From the human T2T-CHM13v2.0 reference genome, Homo sapiens: DNA of 64,000 bases. The DNA is taken from assembly GCF_009914755.1 (NCBI RefSeq), contig NC_060933.1; one strand, 5' to 3'. Each line of letters starts with the position of its first letter. Position 1 is the stretch's first letter. Positions 62,225-64,000 of this stretch are shown here, piece after piece. The translations under genes were made by a program, and so were the position numbers. The notes beneath the pieces are model-generated. The model saw only the letters and a program-made list of their open reading frames with translations, made no database searches and was not told where the DNA came from.

Positions 62225-64000
62225 AGAAGCATTCTCAGAAACTTCCTTGTGATGTGTGTACTCAAGTAACAGAGTTGAACCTTCCTTTTGACAGAACAGT
62301 TTTGAAGCACTCTTTTTGTAGAATCTGCAAGTGGATATTTTGATACCTTTGAGGATTTCGTTGGACACGGGATATCTTCATATAAAATCTAGACAGAAGC
62401 ATTCTCAGAAACTTCTTTGTGCTGTATGTCCTCAATTAACAGAGTTGAACCTTTGTGTGGATACAGCATTTTGGAAACATTCCTTTAGTAGAATCTGCAA
62501 GTTGATATTTAGATAGCTAGGAAGATTTCCTTGGAAACGGGAATATCTTCATATAAAATCTAGACGGAAGCATTCTCAGAAAGTGCTTTGTGATGTTTGC
62601 ATTCAAGTCACAGAGTTGAATATTCCCTTTTATAGAGCAGGTTTGAAACACTCTTTCTGCACTACCTGGAAGTGGACATTTGGAGCGCTTTGAGGCCTAT
62701 GTTGAAAAAGGAAATATCTTCCCATAAAAACTAGACAGAAACATTCTCAGAAACTTGTTTGTGATGTGTGTATTCAACTAACAGAGATGAACCTTTCTTT
62801 TTACAGAGCAGTTTTGAAACACTCTTTTTGTGGAATCTGAAAGTGGATATTTGGATAGCTTTGAGGATTTCGTTGGAAACGGGATTACATATAAAATCTA
62901 GAGAGAAGCATTCTCAGGAACGTCTTTGTGATGTTTGCATTCACGTCACAGAACTGAACATTCCCTTTCATAGAGCATGTTTGAAACACTCTTTCTGTAG
63001 TATCTGCAAACGGACATTTCAAACGCTTTCAGGCCTATGGTGAGAAAGGAAATATCTTCAAATAAAAACTAGACAGAAGCATTCTCAGAAACTTATTTGC
63101 GATGTGTGTCCTCAACTAACAGAGTTGAACCTTTCTTTTGATACAACATTTTGGAACCACTCTTTTTGTAGAATCTGCAAGTGGATATTTGGATAGCTTT
63201 GAAGGTTTCGTTGGAAACGGGAATATCTTCATATAAAATCAAGACAGAAGCATTCTCAGAAACTTCTCTGTGATGTTTGCATTCAACTCATAGAGTTGAA
63301 CACTTCCCTTCATACAGCAGGTTTGAAACACTCTTTTTGTAATATTTGGAAGTGGACATTTGCAGCGCTTTGAGGCCTATGATGAAAAAGGAAATATCTT
63401 CCCATAAAAACTAGACAGAAGCATTCTCAGAAACTTGTTTGTGATGTGTGTATTCAACTAACAGAGATGAACCTTTCTTTTTACAGAGCAGTTTTGAAAC
63501 ACTCTTTTTGTGGAATCTGAAAGTGGATATTTGGATAGCTTTGCGGATTTCGTTGGAAACGGGATTACATATAAAATCTAGAGAGAAGCATTCTCAGGAA
63601 CTTCTTTGTGATGTTTGCATTCACGTCACAGAACTGAACATTCCCTTTCATAGAGCATGTTTGAAACAGTCTTTCTGTAGTATCTGCAAACGGACATTTC
63701 AAACGCTTTCAGGCCTATGGTGAGAAAGGAAATATCTTCAAATAAAAACTAGACAGAAGCATTCTCAGAAACTTATTTGCGATGTGTGTCCTCAACTAAC
63801 AGAGTTGAACCTTTCTTTTGATACAACATTTTGGAACCACTCTTTTTGTAGAATCTGCAAGTGGATATTTGGATAGCTTTGAAGGTTTCGTTGGAAACGG
63901 GAATATCTTCATATAAAATCAAGACAGAAGCATTCTCAGAAACTTCTCTGTGATGTTTGCATTCAACTCATAGAGTTGAACACTTCCCTTCATACAGCAG
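62225..64000 (+). repeat. Truncated final HOR, T-B-B... lacking tetramer A
   Basis: The trimer is followed directly by a B-type tetramer (aatctagag, cacgtc, gcatg) at ~62737 and a second B-like one at ~63417. Confidence 0.82.

Larger units (their letters stand above)
1..64000 (+). repeat. Centromeric alpha-satellite higher-order repeat array, SF2 (dimeric) type; likely a live human array of the chr4 D4Z1 / chr9 D9Z4 group
   Basis: The alphoid motif agaagcattctcagaaact recurs every ~171 bp throughout. CENP-B boxes (tttcgttggaaacggga) alternate with A-box sequences (ctatggtgagaaaggaa / ctatgttgaaaaaggaa). ORF-track spacings give periods of 680, 1192, 1534, 1872, 2552, 3232 and 3912 bp. The alpha-satellite call is certain; the chromosome assignment is only inference. 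Confidence 0.99.

Noticed and set aside
213-63723. About 150 short ORFs (61-113 aa) in recurring families (MYSTNRD..., MSNEILK..., MDILIPL..., MNTHITN...)
   Set aside because: They are translations of alphoid monomers, overlap on both strands, mostly use non-ATG starts, show no recognisable domains, and appear or vanish with single SNVs. They were used only as periodicity markers.
1-64000. CRISPR-like or diversity-generating cassette array (a conserved ~33-bp tract every 171 bp, with variable intervening sequence)
   Set aside because: The intervening sequences are homologous satellite, not unique spacers. There are no cas, reverse transcriptase or recombinase genes.
1-64000. LINE-1, Alu or other insertion, or an inversion
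   Set aside because: All marker spacings are exact sums of monomer lengths (within 1 bp), each ORF family keeps one strand, and no poly-A tail or non-alphoid tract was seen.
1-64000. A previously undescribed protein- or RNA-based system
   Set aside because: Nothing beyond alpha-satellite is supported by the sequence. If the window came from a non-primate assembly, it should be treated as human/primate contamination.
1-64000. Firm assignment to one chromosome
   Set aside because: Several SF2 arrays (chr4, 9, 8, 15) have 7/11/15/19-mer units; alignment is needed to decide.

Overview
The whole 64 kb window is primate (human-type) centromeric alpha-satellite: about 375 head-to-tail ~171-bp monomers in one orientation, with no genes, transposon insertions or inversions visible. 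Monomers mostly alternate between B-type (CENP-B box) and A-type (pJalpha box), as in the dimeric suprachromosomal family SF2. The higher-order repeat (HOR) is built from a unique 512-bp trimer (T) plus diverged 680-bp tetramers (A, B, C). The commonest unit is a 2552-bp 15-mer, T-A-B-C. Using the trimer as a marker, the 26 complete HORs run 11,15,15,9,15,15,11,15,11,15,15,9,15,9,15,15,7,11,7,11,23,15,15,19,23,23 monomers. Private variants reveal nested recent duplications with periods of 3064, 3912, 4085, 4424 and 2551 bp, plus a ~12-kb block repeated at +18037/+22122. The 3+4n architecture fits the related chr4 (D4Z1) and chr9 (D9Z4) live arrays; I lean towards D4Z1, but this is inference and needs alignment. 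All listed ORFs are artefacts of the repeat. I found no new protein-coding system; the interest lies in HOR structural variation, crossover junctions, CENP-B box gain/loss and one clustered mutation tract.
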